Shown piece by piece: positions 8,797-17,854 of a stretch of 64,000 nt of DNA (positions are counted from its first letter, which is position 1; each line of letters opens with the position of its first letter). The DNA comes from Pseudomonadota bacterium (lineage in GTDB: Bacteria; Desulfobacterota; Desulfobulbia; Desulfobulbales; Desulfocapsaceae), in the NCBI GenBank assembly GCA_018820855.1, contig JAHJNL010000044.1:14808-78807 (forward strand), given 5' to 3'. The notes beneath the pieces were generated by a model. That model did no database searches. It was not told the origin of the DNA and saw only the letters and a program-made list of their open reading frames with translations. The translations under genes and the position numbers were made by a program.

Positions 8797-9024
8797 ATGT
8801 TGGAGGCGTCTGGCAGAGTATATGCTTTTTATCGTGACGGTTTTAAACGGATGACCCTGGGAAAGACCTTGTGGAAAATAATCCTTATTAAGCTGGTGGT
8901 GATGTTTGCGGTGCTCAAACTTTTCTTTTTTCCAAATTATCTCAACACCAATTTCCTGACAGATGAACAACGGGCTGACCATGTCTTGGAGCAGATAACC
9001 AGACAGGCAGACCAGAACAACTAA
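8797..9024 (+). CDS. DUF4492-type small membrane protein associated with cydAB operons
   Basis: 75 aa. YAFYRDGFKRMTLGKTLWKIILIKLVVMFAVLKLFFFPNYL matches my memory of the DUF4492 family found directly upstream of cydA. RBS GAAGGAGGGG. Confidence 0.7.
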   Translation: MLEASGRVYAFYRDGFKRMTLGKTLWKIILIKLVVMFAVLKLFFFPNYLNTNFLTDEQRADHVLEQITRQADQNN

Positions 9025-9134
9025 TGCCCATCCGAGCGCGCTGATTTGCAAGGTTTGCGCAGAAATAACTCATTGCTCGATCTTGAAAAGAATCTCGTTT
9101 TCGGACAGACACTAATTAATTTAAGGAGGAAAAA

Positions 9135-10667
9135 ATGATTGATGTGGACTTCAGTCTGGTGAACTGGTCCAGAGCGCAATTCGCGCTTACGGCCATGTAT
9201 CACTGGATTTTCGTGCCGTTGACCCTGGGGCTGTCGTTTCTCTGTGCCTTCTTTGAGACCATTTATCTCAAAACAGGAAATGAGCAGTGGAAGAGTATTA
9301 CCCGGTTCTGGATGACTCTTTTTGGTATCAACTTCGCCATAGGTGTGGCTACCGGTATTATCCTGGAATTTGAATTCGGGACCAACTGGTCCAATTATTC
9401 CTGGATGGTGGGCGACATTTTTGGAGCGCCTCTGGCCATCGAAGGCATCTTTGCCTTTTTTATTGAGGCCACTTTTTTTGCCGTAATGTTTTTCGGATGG
9501 GACAGGGTTTCCAAGGGCTTTCATTGTTTTTCAACCTGGATGGTGGCCATCGGTTCCAACCTTTCAGCGGTCTGGATCCTTGTGGCAAACGGTTGGATGC
9601 AGAATCCAGTGGGCATGGTCTTCAATCCTGAGACCGTACGTTTTGAGATGGAGAATTTTGCCGCCGTGGTCTTCAATCCCGTGGCAGTATCCAAATTTAC
9701 CCACACCTCCTCGTCCGGTTTTCTTTTTGCCTCCCTCTTTGTGCTAACTATTTCCTCCTGGTATCTGATGAAAGGCAAGCATCTTGAGATGGCCAAAAAA
9801 TCAATTATTGTGGCCTCGGTCTTTGGTCTGATTTCTTCTGTCTTCGTCGCTTTTACCGGGGATGAGGCCGCCTTTGAGGTCGCGCAGAAGCAGCCGATGA
9901 AACTTGCCGCCATGGAAGGCCTTTATATTGGTGAAAAAGGAGCTGCTCTTGTGGCCATGGGTATTGTCAATTCGGCAAAAAAACCGGGTGATGATCAGGA
10001 GGCCTTTCTTTTTGAGGTCAAGATCCCAGAGCTTCTCTCTCTGCTGGCCAATCGAAAACCGGGTTCTTTTGTGCCCGGTGTTGATGACCTGGTTTATGGC
10101 AATGAGGGCGAGGGTGTTATGGGAGTCAATGCCAAGATGGAAAAGGGGCAGCTGGCTCTGGCCGATCTGGCTGCTTATAAAAAGGCGAAGAAGGAGGGAA
10201 GTGATGTGGGAGCTGCAGAGGCCCTGAGTCGGTTTGATGTCAATAAAGACTTTCTCGGTTACGGGTACCTCTCCACTCCGGAAGAGGCTGTGCCGTCTGT
10301 GCCAATAGTGTTCAATGCCTTCCATGTCATGGTTGTCCTCGGCTCTCTTTTTCCTGTGATCTTTGCCGCTTTTCTTTTTTATGCTCTGAAGGGGACGCTG
10401 ACCGAGAAACGCTGGCTGCTGCCCATAGGCCTCATTTCAGGTCTGCTTGGGTTTCTGGCCCAGCAGTCAGGATGGGTAGTGGCTGAAGTCGGTCGCCAGC
10501 CTTGGGCGATTCAGGGATTAATGCCGGTGAAAGTGGCAACGACAAATCTTTCCACTACTTCTGTACAGGTCACCTTTTTCATGTTTGCAGCGGTCTTTAC
10601 CCTGCTCCTTATTGCTGAAATATCTATCATGCTGAAACAGATATCCAATGGACCGGAGGGCCACTGA
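9135..10667 (+). CDS. cydA: Cytochrome bd-type quinol oxidase subunit I
   Basis: 510 aa. It has SRAQFALTAMYHWIFVPLTLGLSF, GAPLAIEGIFAFFIEATF and GRQPWAIQG, closely resembling E. coli CydA. RBS AAGGAGG. Confidence 0.95.
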   Translation: MIDVDFSLVNWSRAQFALTAMYHWIFVPLTLGLSFLCAFFETIYLKTGNEQWKSITRFWMTLFGINFAIGVATGIILEFEFGTNWSNYSWMVGDIFGAPLAIEGIFAFFIEATFFAVMFFGWDRVSKGFHCFSTWMVAIGSNLSAVWILVANGWMQNPVGMVFNPETVRFEMENFAAVVFNPVAVSKFTHTSSSGFLFASLFVLTISSWYLMKGKHLEMAKKSIIVASVFGLISSVFVAFTGDEAAFEVAQKQPMKLAAMEGLYIGEKGAALVAMGIVNSAKKPGDDQEAFLFEVKIPELLSLLANRKPGSFVPGVDDLVYGNEGEGVMGVNAKMEKGQLALADLAAYKKAKKEGSDVGAAEALSRFDVNKDFLGYGYLSTPEEAVPSVPIVFNAFHVMVVLGSLFPVIFAAFLFYALKGTLTEKRWLLPIGLISGLLGFLAQQSGWVVAEVGRQPWAIQGLMPVKVATTNLSTTSVQVTFFMFAAVFTLLLIAEISIMLKQISNGPEGH

Positions 10668-10669
10668 AA

Positions 10670-11818
10670 ATGATAGCAAATCTTGATTATATAACCCTGC
10701 AGCAACTCTGGTGGGTACTCTGCTCAGTAGTTGGTGCCCTGTTTCTCTTTCTCACTTTTGTCCAGGGCGGGAATACTCTTCTCTGGCAGGTGGCGAAAAC
10801 CGAAACGGAAAACGCCCTGGTCATTAACTCTCTGGGGCGGAAATGGGAGTTGACCTTCACGACCCTGGTTCTTTTTGGCGGAGCCCTTTTTGCCTCCTTC
10901 CCCAAATTCTATTCCACCAGTTTCGGTGGCGCCTACTGGGTGTGGATGCTGATCCTTTTCACTTTCATACTCCAGGCCGTAAGCTACGAATACCGGAAGA
11001 AGCCGGGCAATGTCTGGGGGGCAAAGCTCTATGAACTGTTCCTCTTTGTCAACGGATCGGTGGGGGTTCTCCTTATCGGCGCGGCTGTGGGTACCTTTTA
11101 TACAGGGTCCAATTTTTCACTCAACGATTATAACCAGGTGACCTGGCAGTATACCCTGGGCGGAGTAAACCTTCGTGGACTTGAGGCTGCTTTTTCTCTG
11201 TTTAATCTGTCCATGGGGCTCTTCCTGGTCTTTAATGCCAGGGTCCTTGGTGCTCTTTACCTCCTCAATAATATTGAGCTTGGTTCTGTGGCGGCCATGG
11301 AGACACGACTGCGAAAGGCGGTATGGATCAATTTCCTCTGTTCCCTGCCGTTCCTCCTCTATGTGGTGGGAGCTATTCTGCTGATGAAGGGGTTCCATGT
11401 GGATGAGAGTGGCGTCGTTTCCATGGTCTCGTTCAAATATTTTTTCAATCTGCTGGCCCTGCCTCATCTGCTCATTATGCTCTTGGGTGGCTTGGGACTG
11501 GTGATTCTCGGGGTATTGGGAGGCGCCTTTAAAGGCAGTACCAAAGGAATATGGCCTGCCGGACTTGGCACTGTACTCGTGGGCTTGTGTGTGCTCTGCC
11601 TCCCGGCTTTTAATTCAACATCATTTTATCCCTCAAAATTTGATCTGCAGTCCAGTCTGACTATCTATAATGCCTCATCAAGTCAGTTTACCCTGGCTAC
11701 CATGACCTATGTGGCCCTGGCCATTCCGTTTGTTCTTGCCTATGTTGCGTATGTCTGGAAACAGATGGATTCACAGAAGCTGACAAGCCATGAGGCGATG
11801 GACAGCGAAGCCTATTAA
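10670..11818 (+). CDS. cydB: Cytochrome bd-type quinol oxidase subunit II
   Basis: 382-aa polytopic protein that starts 3 nt after the cydA stop. Length and position are canonical for CydB. Confidence 0.9.
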   Translation: MIANLDYITLQQLWWVLCSVVGALFLFLTFVQGGNTLLWQVAKTETENALVINSLGRKWELTFTTLVLFGGALFASFPKFYSTSFGGAYWVWMLILFTFILQAVSYEYRKKPGNVWGAKLYELFLFVNGSVGVLLIGAAVGTFYTGSNFSLNDYNQVTWQYTLGGVNLRGLEAAFSLFNLSMGLFLVFNARVLGALYLLNNIELGSVAAMETRLRKAVWINFLCSLPFLLYVVGAILLMKGFHVDESGVVSMVSFKYFFNLLALPHLLIMLLGGLGLVILGVLGGAFKGSTKGIWPAGLGTVLVGLCVLCLPAFNSTSFYPSKFDLQSSLTIYNASSSQFTLATMTYVALAIPFVLAYVAYVWKQMDSQKLTSHEAMDSEAY

Positions 11819-11897
11819 GAGATGAATGTTAGCGGTTCATTGGCGTGTCCGATAACATTTTCCCGGAAAAAGGGAATACCAAAAAAAGGAGAATCCC

Positions 11898-11993
11898 ATG
11901 ATGACTACTGTATTACTGCTTGGATATCTTGCTGTTATCGTAGTGTCTTATAAAGGTGCAGTTATTGCCCTGGATAAATCAGGTTTATTGTAA
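11898..11993 (+). CDS. Unannotated 31-aa single-helix membrane peptide, candidate CydX/CydS-like accessory subunit
   Basis: Too short for the track. It translates to MMTTVLLLGYLAVIVVSYKGAVIALDKSGLL. GGAG lies 6 nt upstream of the ATG. It sits 80 nt downstream of cydB and before a strong hairpin. Confidence 0.45.
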   Translation: MMTTVLLLGYLAVIVVSYKGAVIALDKSGLL

Positions 11994-12037
11994 CAGCCTT
12001 TAGCGTATGCTTCTCTTTTTCATGGAGAAGAGAATAT

Positions 12038-12083
12038 CCTCAACGAAATATGGGAGGCTACGGCCTCCCATATTTCGTTGAGG
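12038..12083. terminator. Perfect 21-bp stem / 4-nt loop hairpin ending the cyd operon
   Basis: CCTCAACGAAATATGGGAGGC-TACG-GCCTCCCATATTTCGTTGAGG. The 3' flank is only weakly T-rich (CCCTTTG). Confidence 0.55.
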
Positions 12084-12180
12084 CCCTTTGCGGCAATCGA
12101 GATTACCCGGTTTTAGGATATGCATTCATGATAGTTGAACTGTCTGTTCCCTCTTTACTCCTCATAATGTGAGAAAGACC

Positions 12181-14442
12181 ATGTCTGAACATGAACAAAA
12201 AATGACACTCTTGGGATCCAAGGTCAAAATACGAAACCTGCCCATTAAGCAGGTCAGTCTGCTGGAAGAAGGGAATTTGCCAGCCTACGGATACAATCCC
12301 GGTGATCATATTGAACTTATGGCCGGGGATGTTTCAGTAGAATATGGCAGGCTGGAGCAGTTGTTGACCTGGTTGGCTGCCTATGTAGCAGAGTCGGATT
12401 TGACCCCCAGAATTCATTCCGTGACTTATGGGGAACAGAAAGATATTTTTCAGATATTTAAAAAATACCGGAATACCCAGGTGGAGCGGGAAGACCACGG
12501 CTGGTTCATGGTCAATCAGTATCTACCGGCCGGTGGTCGCTCCAGTTCGGCGGAGGCCTTTGTGGTGGATGACTCCAACAGGGAGATTTTCACCGATAAT
12601 GATGGACTGATCGTAGTGGATGATTCAGGGCACCCTCCTGAACTCAGCCAGGAGGATCTCGACCGTAATCCCGGACTCTGGGCCATTGCCATGGGAATCA
12701 GTGTTGCCCACTGGCAAAACTGGGCCGAACGACTGGGGGATCGCTTTGCTCTTTTTTGCAGACTTTCGGATCTTGAGACCACCCGCATGGAGATGGACTG
12801 CTCTGTGAACTGGGAGACCATTGTTGCCATGTGCCTGCGGGCGCTCAGAACAGATGAGGTAGGACTCTGGGACTCCAGAAAAGGACGTTTTCGCTGTCAT
12901 GTCGTGGTGGAGATGTTTCCTCATGGTATTCTTTACATCGGGCCGGAGGCGACGTTCTTCCGCCATCGTAAGGGATGTCTGCCGGAGAAGAGTTCCCCCC
13001 GACAACGTGGTTCTGTTCCCTGTTATGATACCCTGGCCCCGGCCATGTTAGCTTTGGATACCCTGCGTTTCGGTGAATTTCACTTTGGGAGGAGTTATTT
13101 TTACGATCTCTCCATGAGGGTCCTGAATAATTGGGACAGTCTGTATCGCCACGGCTATTATTTCAAGGATACTCTGGAGTTTCCTAATCTGGATTTCGCC
13201 GAGAGCTTTCCAGGGGGCTACGCCTGTTCTTACGTAGACAATGGACCTGACCCCAGCTTTTTTGAACTGCCCCCTCTGTCAGCCGATTTTGAGGTCATTC
13301 TGGACCTGGTTTCCAGCCAGATCTGGTCCAACGAAAAGAAGCACGCCCTGCGCCGATTCTTTTATTTCCGCAAACCATCGCCTGCCATGAATGGTCAGGC
13401 TCTGGGCCATTCGCACGGGTATATGGACGAGATTGTCTCTGTGCTTCATAATTTGAAAGAAGAGGTGAATCGTAAGAGCGGGTTCAATGATCTTCCTATT
13501 TTTCAGGTGGGGCATCTGCGCACTACGGATCCGGCTGAAATAGATCCGGTGATCACCCTCCAGAACGTCATGGATTCCTATGTCTCCAAGGAAAGTGTCT
13601 TGCGGCCCCTCTGTCTCGGAGTTTTTGGTCCTCCCGGATCGGGAAAGTCCTTTGCCGTGAAAGAGGTTGCCAATGTTATCTCTAAAAAGTACGAGGGAAA
13701 TCCCTTTGATTTTTTTGAGTTTAACCTGAGTCAGTTTGCTTCACCCGATGAGATCAACTCCGCCATCGAGCCGGTACGTGCCTCAGTGGCCATGGGCAAG
13801 GTCCCCATTGTTTTCTGGGATGAGTTTGACTGTCGCTATGACGGTAATGAATTTGGTTACTTGCGCTATTTTCTTCCCTCCATGCAGGATGGAGTAACCT
13901 ATGTCAACGGGATCCCGCATTTTATCGGGCGGGCAATTTTCGTCTTTGCCGGTGGGGTCAAGGCAAGCTGGTCCGGTATGGAGAAACTGCTTGATCCGGC
14001 CGATAAAGAATCCCTGGCCTTGATGAAGACCCTGAAGATTCCGGATTTCATGAGTCGTCTCAGGGTGGTTCTTGATATTGACGGCATTGATCTCCCTGAT
14101 ATCCTGCTCCGTGATTCTGCCAGCAGTGATGATCTGGATGAGCTCAGACGGATTTTACTTAAACGGGCATTTATCATTGCTCACCAAATGGATACCCACT
14201 GGAAGAAAGCGGCAAGAAAGACCTCTGGTCTATTATTGCGTCTCCTCTTGGGACGCTATAAGTTCGGCGCGCGTTCCATCGAGGCGGTAATTGAGGCCAG
14301 TCGCGCTTCAGATCGATTGGTTTACGGACTTCCTGAGCTTATTGCCCCGTCTGCCGCTAGAATCCATGCCGAATGGCGAATTGAGCTGGAGAGAAGGATT
14401 GATCAGCTGCGAAAATCGCAGGGCATGCGTGCTGTATGGTAA
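12181..14442 (+). CDS. Orphan AAA+ ATPase with a large uncharacterised N-terminal region
   Basis: About 750 aa. The C-terminal third is a classical AAA module: Walker A GVFGPPGSGKSF, Walker B PIVFWDEFD, FLPSMQDG, FVFAGG, PDFMSRLR and GARSIEAVI. I recognise no domain in the first ~470 aa. The start is either the GTG at 12169 or the ATG at 12181. Confidence 0.8.
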   Translation: MSEHEQKMTLLGSKVKIRNLPIKQVSLLEEGNLPAYGYNPGDHIELMAGDVSVEYGRLEQLLTWLAAYVAESDLTPRIHSVTYGEQKDIFQIFKKYRNTQVEREDHGWFMVNQYLPAGGRSSSAEAFVVDDSNREIFTDNDGLIVVDDSGHPPELSQEDLDRNPGLWAIAMGISVAHWQNWAERLGDRFALFCRLSDLETTRMEMDCSVNWETIVAMCLRALRTDEVGLWDSRKGRFRCHVVVEMFPHGILYIGPEATFFRHRKGCLPEKSSPRQRGSVPCYDTLAPAMLALDTLRFGEFHFGRSYFYDLSMRVLNNWDSLYRHGYYFKDTLEFPNLDFAESFPGGYACSYVDNGPDPSFFELPPLSADFEVILDLVSSQIWSNEKKHALRRFFYFRKPSPAMNGQALGHSHGYMDEIVSVLHNLKEEVNRKSGFNDLPIFQVGHLRTTDPAEIDPVITLQNVMDSYVSKESVLRPLCLGVFGPPGSGKSFAVKEVANVISKKYEGNPFDFFEFNLSQFASPDEINSAIEPVRASVAMGKVPIVFWDEFDCRYDGNEFGYLRYFLPSMQDGVTYVNGIPHFIGRAIFVFAGGVKASWSGMEKLLDPADKESLALMKTLKIPDFMSRLRVVLDIDGIDLPDILLRDSASSDDLDELRRILLKRAFIIAHQMDTHWKKAARKTSGLLLRLLLGRYKFGARSIEAVIEASRASDRLVYGLPELIAPSAARIHAEWRIELERRIDQLRKSQGMRAVW

Positions 14443-14669
14443 GAAGAGGCATGTAGGCTTCGGTAATGGCAAAAAATGGGCCAGTTCACGTTTGTGTAGG
14501 AGTTGCACGGGGGTGAGGTAAAAGGATAAAGGCAGCAGGTGAAGATCTGGATTTTCTGGTGGACTTAATGTTGCTTTTTTCTTACAGTCTAGTTACCTAG
14601 ATAATGACAGGGGTACTTTGTCGGTATGCCTGGCAAAAGAATATGAAATCTTTATCAAGGAGTTTCAGG

Positions 14670-15008
14670 ATGAAAAAAGTTTCTATCGCTCTTTGTCTTA
14701 CCTTTGCTTTTGCGTCTGCATCTGCCCCTGTCTGGGCTCTGGCGGGCCATGGCCCGGAGACGATTGATCTCAAGGCGGCATATAAGGTGGTGGGAGAAAA
14801 GAATGCAGTGATCTTTCCTCATCACAAACATCAGGAGAAGGTGGAATGTGCCAAGTGTCATAAGGATGTCAAGGGTGGGGGACCTCTCGTAGTTGACATC
14901 GTTGAGCTGACCGGCACCTCCAATGATTTTCACAAAAAATTCTGCTGGTCCTGTCATGTGGAGATGAAGGTGCCAAAGGGAAAATCCTGTAAAACATGTC
15001 ATCGCTGA
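14670..15008 (+). CDS. Periplasmic triheme cytochrome c7 family protein (PpcA-like)
   Basis: Signal peptide MKKVSIALCLTFAFASASAPVWA. Three CXXCH motifs (CAKCH, CWSCH, CKTCH) and FPHHKH, as in c7 cytochromes. RBS AAGGAG precedes the ATG at 14670. The track start at 14604 looks like an extension. Confidence 0.8.
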   Translation: MKKVSIALCLTFAFASASAPVWALAGHGPETIDLKAAYKVVGEKNAVIFPHHKHQEKVECAKCHKDVKGGGPLVVDIVELTGTSNDFHKKFCWSCHVEMKVPKGKSCKTCHR

Positions 15009-15303
15009 TACAGTTAACAAGGGGTGTGAGTATCCGATGTTACTTTTTTTCAGAATAAAACTGATAGGCTGACTCTGTGTTAGGTGGGCTCTGTCCAGAA
15101 GTGGCCGTTTTCTCCTGAATCTTCGTTGCTCTCAATGTTTACTCCTTGTCATATCTGGATATAGCTGCAGTTGAATGCAGTGTACGCCTCGATTTAGGAA
15201 AAGCTATCTCATTAATGGACAGACACTTGGTAAGCTGGTGCAGAGAAGATGATGCAAGTGGCAGGGTTCTGTTTGTGGGTGCCGCTGAAAAAAAGATAAC
15301 CGT

Positions 15304-15675
15304 ATGCAAATAAAAATCTTTGACACAAATGAGCGGCCGGACATTGTTCTTGATCTGGAGCGGCTAAAAACGAACTGTCATGGCAATCTTGACGTTGTTG
15401 CGGAGTTGCTGGATCATCTGCTTCAGAAAAGTGCTCCCAGGTGGATCGCCTCTTTGGAAGAGGGCGTGCAATCAGGGGATAGCGAGCATCTGCAGGGGGT
15501 CTGTCATGCAATGAAGGGCGCTGCCGCTACTGTTTTCTCCTGGCGTATTTCAAATCTTGCCCTGGAGTTTGAACAGCTTGCCCATAAGGGAGAGGTCGAG
15601 ATCCTAAAACAGCGGATACCTGACTTGCAGCAGGCCTTTGCCGAATTGGCCCAGTGGAAAACAGACAACCTCTAA
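15304..15675 (+). CDS. Stand-alone histidine phosphotransfer (Hpt) domain protein
   Basis: 123 aa, with the Hpt signature CHAMKGAAATV (HxxKG) in a helical context. Confidence 0.7.
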   Translation: MQIKIFDTNERPDIVLDLERLKTNCHGNLDVVAELLDHLLQKSAPRWIASLEEGVQSGDSEHLQGVCHAMKGAAATVFSWRISNLALEFEQLAHKGEVEILKQRIPDLQQAFAELAQWKTDNL

Positions 15676-15695
15676 TATGTAGAAGTTGTCACCTG

Positions 15696-16196
15696 TTACA
15701 GGGCTTGATCACACTTGAGAAAAACGGCCTGGATAATCAGGCTGTTGTCGTAAGTTATATTTCCGTTTCCCCAGGAGTCTACACCTAAGTTTGTAAGGGA
15801 ACCTGCTTCATCCCACTCATCAAAACCGAATTTCCATCCCAGCCAGGTCTTCTGAAACGAGTAGGCATACTCGGGCCCATAGTAATCAAACTTGTTTTCC
15901 TGCAGTTCTTCATCCGGCATTTCCCGGGAGATCCCAACAAGGACAAGATTAGCACCTTTGTCTTCTGCTTCTTTGTGCATGGCAGAAGCAATATCCTTTC
16001 CGGTTGAGTGCATCTTACTGTTCATAAGAAGATGGGCAAAGGCGTTGCAGCTTGGGGGGACACCTTCTTCCTGAAAGGTTACCTTACTGTCTGTGGTTTG
16101 TGGCAATTTAATACCTGCATATTCTGCTGAACTTGACCAGCAGCCGGCAAGAAGAGATGTCCAGAAAAGGAGTATAAAAAGTTTTGTCCTGTGCAT
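15696..16196 (-). CDS. Lipoprotein of unknown function
   Basis: 166 aa with a lipobox, LLAGC, in MHRTKLFILLFWTSLLAGCWSS. I recognised no domain. Confidence 0.6.
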   Translation of the reverse strand: MHRTKLFILLFWTSLLAGCWSSSAEYAGIKLPQTTDSKVTFQEEGVPPSCNAFAHLLMNSKMHSTGKDIASAMHKEAEDKGANLVLVGISREMPDEELQENKFDYYGPEYAYSFQKTWLGWKFGFDEWDEAGSLTNLGVDSWGNGNITYDNSLIIQAVFLKCDQAL

Positions 16197-16691
16197 GATT
16201 CACCTGCTGAATAGTATACGTTGCCTGATATCATATGGTTAAGTGGTATCGAGAGCATATGGTATCTTTTATCAAAGACAGTTTGAAAATACGCTATTTT
16301 TTCCTTTTTGCCTATTCTTTTTATCCTAACGGGTAAACCCTTTCTTTCTGGTTCTCAGCCGGCTGTTGTGATAGGCATGAAGGCCACACCATATCCGGTT
16401 TATATTCAGGAAGATGGGGAGTCGTTTCATGGCTTGTCAATGAGGGGGCAACATCTTTTTGATTGCTGTCTCTTCTTATTCTCTCTTTTGTCATTTTCTT
16501 TGTAACCAACTACTTGGTTGTTCGTTAATAAGATGAGGAAATATTTTCTTCAACCATCCGCATATTCATTTTCGTGAATTTTTTTTCATTTGCCCCATGA
16601 GGAAAGGAGGTGTCTATAAAACCAACACCCTGAACTGTTGCGTAAGATTGGAATTCACCAGTTATATCAGACTCATTCAAAGGAGAAATCA

Positions 16692-17756
16692 ATGAATAAA
16701 ACGGTATTCTTGACAGCTTTATGTAGCGTAACTCTGGTCAGCAGTGCAGCTCTGGCAGCCCCAGCCCTTACCGATATGCAAAATCTTGGCCGTCATCTTT
16801 ATGTGGATAAGGATTTATCATTGAAGAGTACTCAATCTTGCGCCACCTGCCACCATTACAATTACGGTTTTGCCGATCCTACTAACAGTCGTGACCCCTA
16901 TTTTACTGTTGTCTCTCTTGGCGATGACGGTGTTTCTAAGGGTGGCCGCAATGCCCCCACTTCTGCCTATGCCGGTTATAGCCCAATTCTTAGTCTGGAT
17001 GCTGATGGTGCCTGGCAGGGGGGGATGTTCTGGGATGGACGGAAAACCGGTGAAACCCTTGGTGACCCACTGGCTGAGCAGGCCCAGGGGCCTCCACTTA
17101 ACCCGGTGGAGATGAATATGGGAAGCATAGCAGATGTGGTGGACCGGGTTGAAGCCGCACCTTACGCTCCCCTCTTTCTCAAGGTTTTTGGGAAGAATGC
17201 GTTTGATAATGATGAGTTGGCCTGGAATAATATAGCCAGGGCTATCGCCGACTATGAACGTTCCCATGAAATCACTGCCTTTACCTCTCGGTATGATAAG
17301 GGTGGTCTCACTGCGCAGGAGGGTCGCGGCCTTGACCTGGTCAAGGCCAATTGTTCAAAATGCCATGCCACGGAAGCTGATTTTGGCGCACCTGCTGCCC
17401 TTTTTACCACTTATCGCTATGAAAACATCGGAGTGCCGGTGAATGACCTCGTTTTGAATGATGAAGCTTCCGCTTATACCTATCCGGATAATGGCCTGGG
17501 AGGTTTTCTCAATAATCCAGACGAGAATGGCAAGTTCAAGATTCCTACCCTGCGCAATGTCGCCCTGACCGCGCCCTATTCACATAATGGCTATTTCCCG
17601 ACTCTCACCTCCATTGTTTCTTTCCACAACAGCAGGGAAGGCTGGCCGGAGCCGGAGGTTGCCGAAAATCTGAATATCGTAGATGTCGGAAATATGGGTC
17701 TTAGCGACCAGGATATTGAGGATATAGTTGTTTTTCTTCATGCCCTGACCGACTAA
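16692..17756 (+). CDS. Di-haem cytochrome c peroxidase family protein
   Basis: Signal peptide, two haem sites (CATCHH, CSKCHAT) and FKIPTLRNVALTAPYSHNGYFPTL, typical of the CCP/MauG family. RBS AAAGGAGAAA precedes the ATG at 16692. The track start at 16638 is an alternative-codon extension. Confidence 0.85.
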   Translation: MNKTVFLTALCSVTLVSSAALAAPALTDMQNLGRHLYVDKDLSLKSTQSCATCHHYNYGFADPTNSRDPYFTVVSLGDDGVSKGGRNAPTSAYAGYSPILSLDADGAWQGGMFWDGRKTGETLGDPLAEQAQGPPLNPVEMNMGSIADVVDRVEAAPYAPLFLKVFGKNAFDNDELAWNNIARAIADYERSHEITAFTSRYDKGGLTAQEGRGLDLVKANCSKCHATEADFGAPAALFTTYRYENIGVPVNDLVLNDEASAYTYPDNGLGGFLNNPDENGKFKIPTLRNVALTAPYSHNGYFPTLTSIVSFHNSREGWPEPEVAENLNIVDVGNMGLSDQDIEDIVVFLHALTD

Positions 17757-17770
17757 GTTAGGCCTTCATA

Positions 17771-17854
17771 CAGTCCATCCAGTCAGGATGGACTGTGCGG
17801 GAGAGCAATAAAAAGGGGGAATGGATTGTGAAATCCATTCCCCCTTTTTATTGC
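17771..17854. terminator. Two tandem perfect hairpins downstream of the peroxidase gene
   Basis: Hairpin 1 is CAGTCCATCC-AGTCA-GGATGGACTG (17771-17795). Hairpin 2 is a 50-nt perfect palindrome, GCAATAAAAAGGGGGAATGGAT...ATCCATTCCCCCTTTTTATTGC (17805-17854), with a 22-23 bp stem. Confidence 0.6.
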
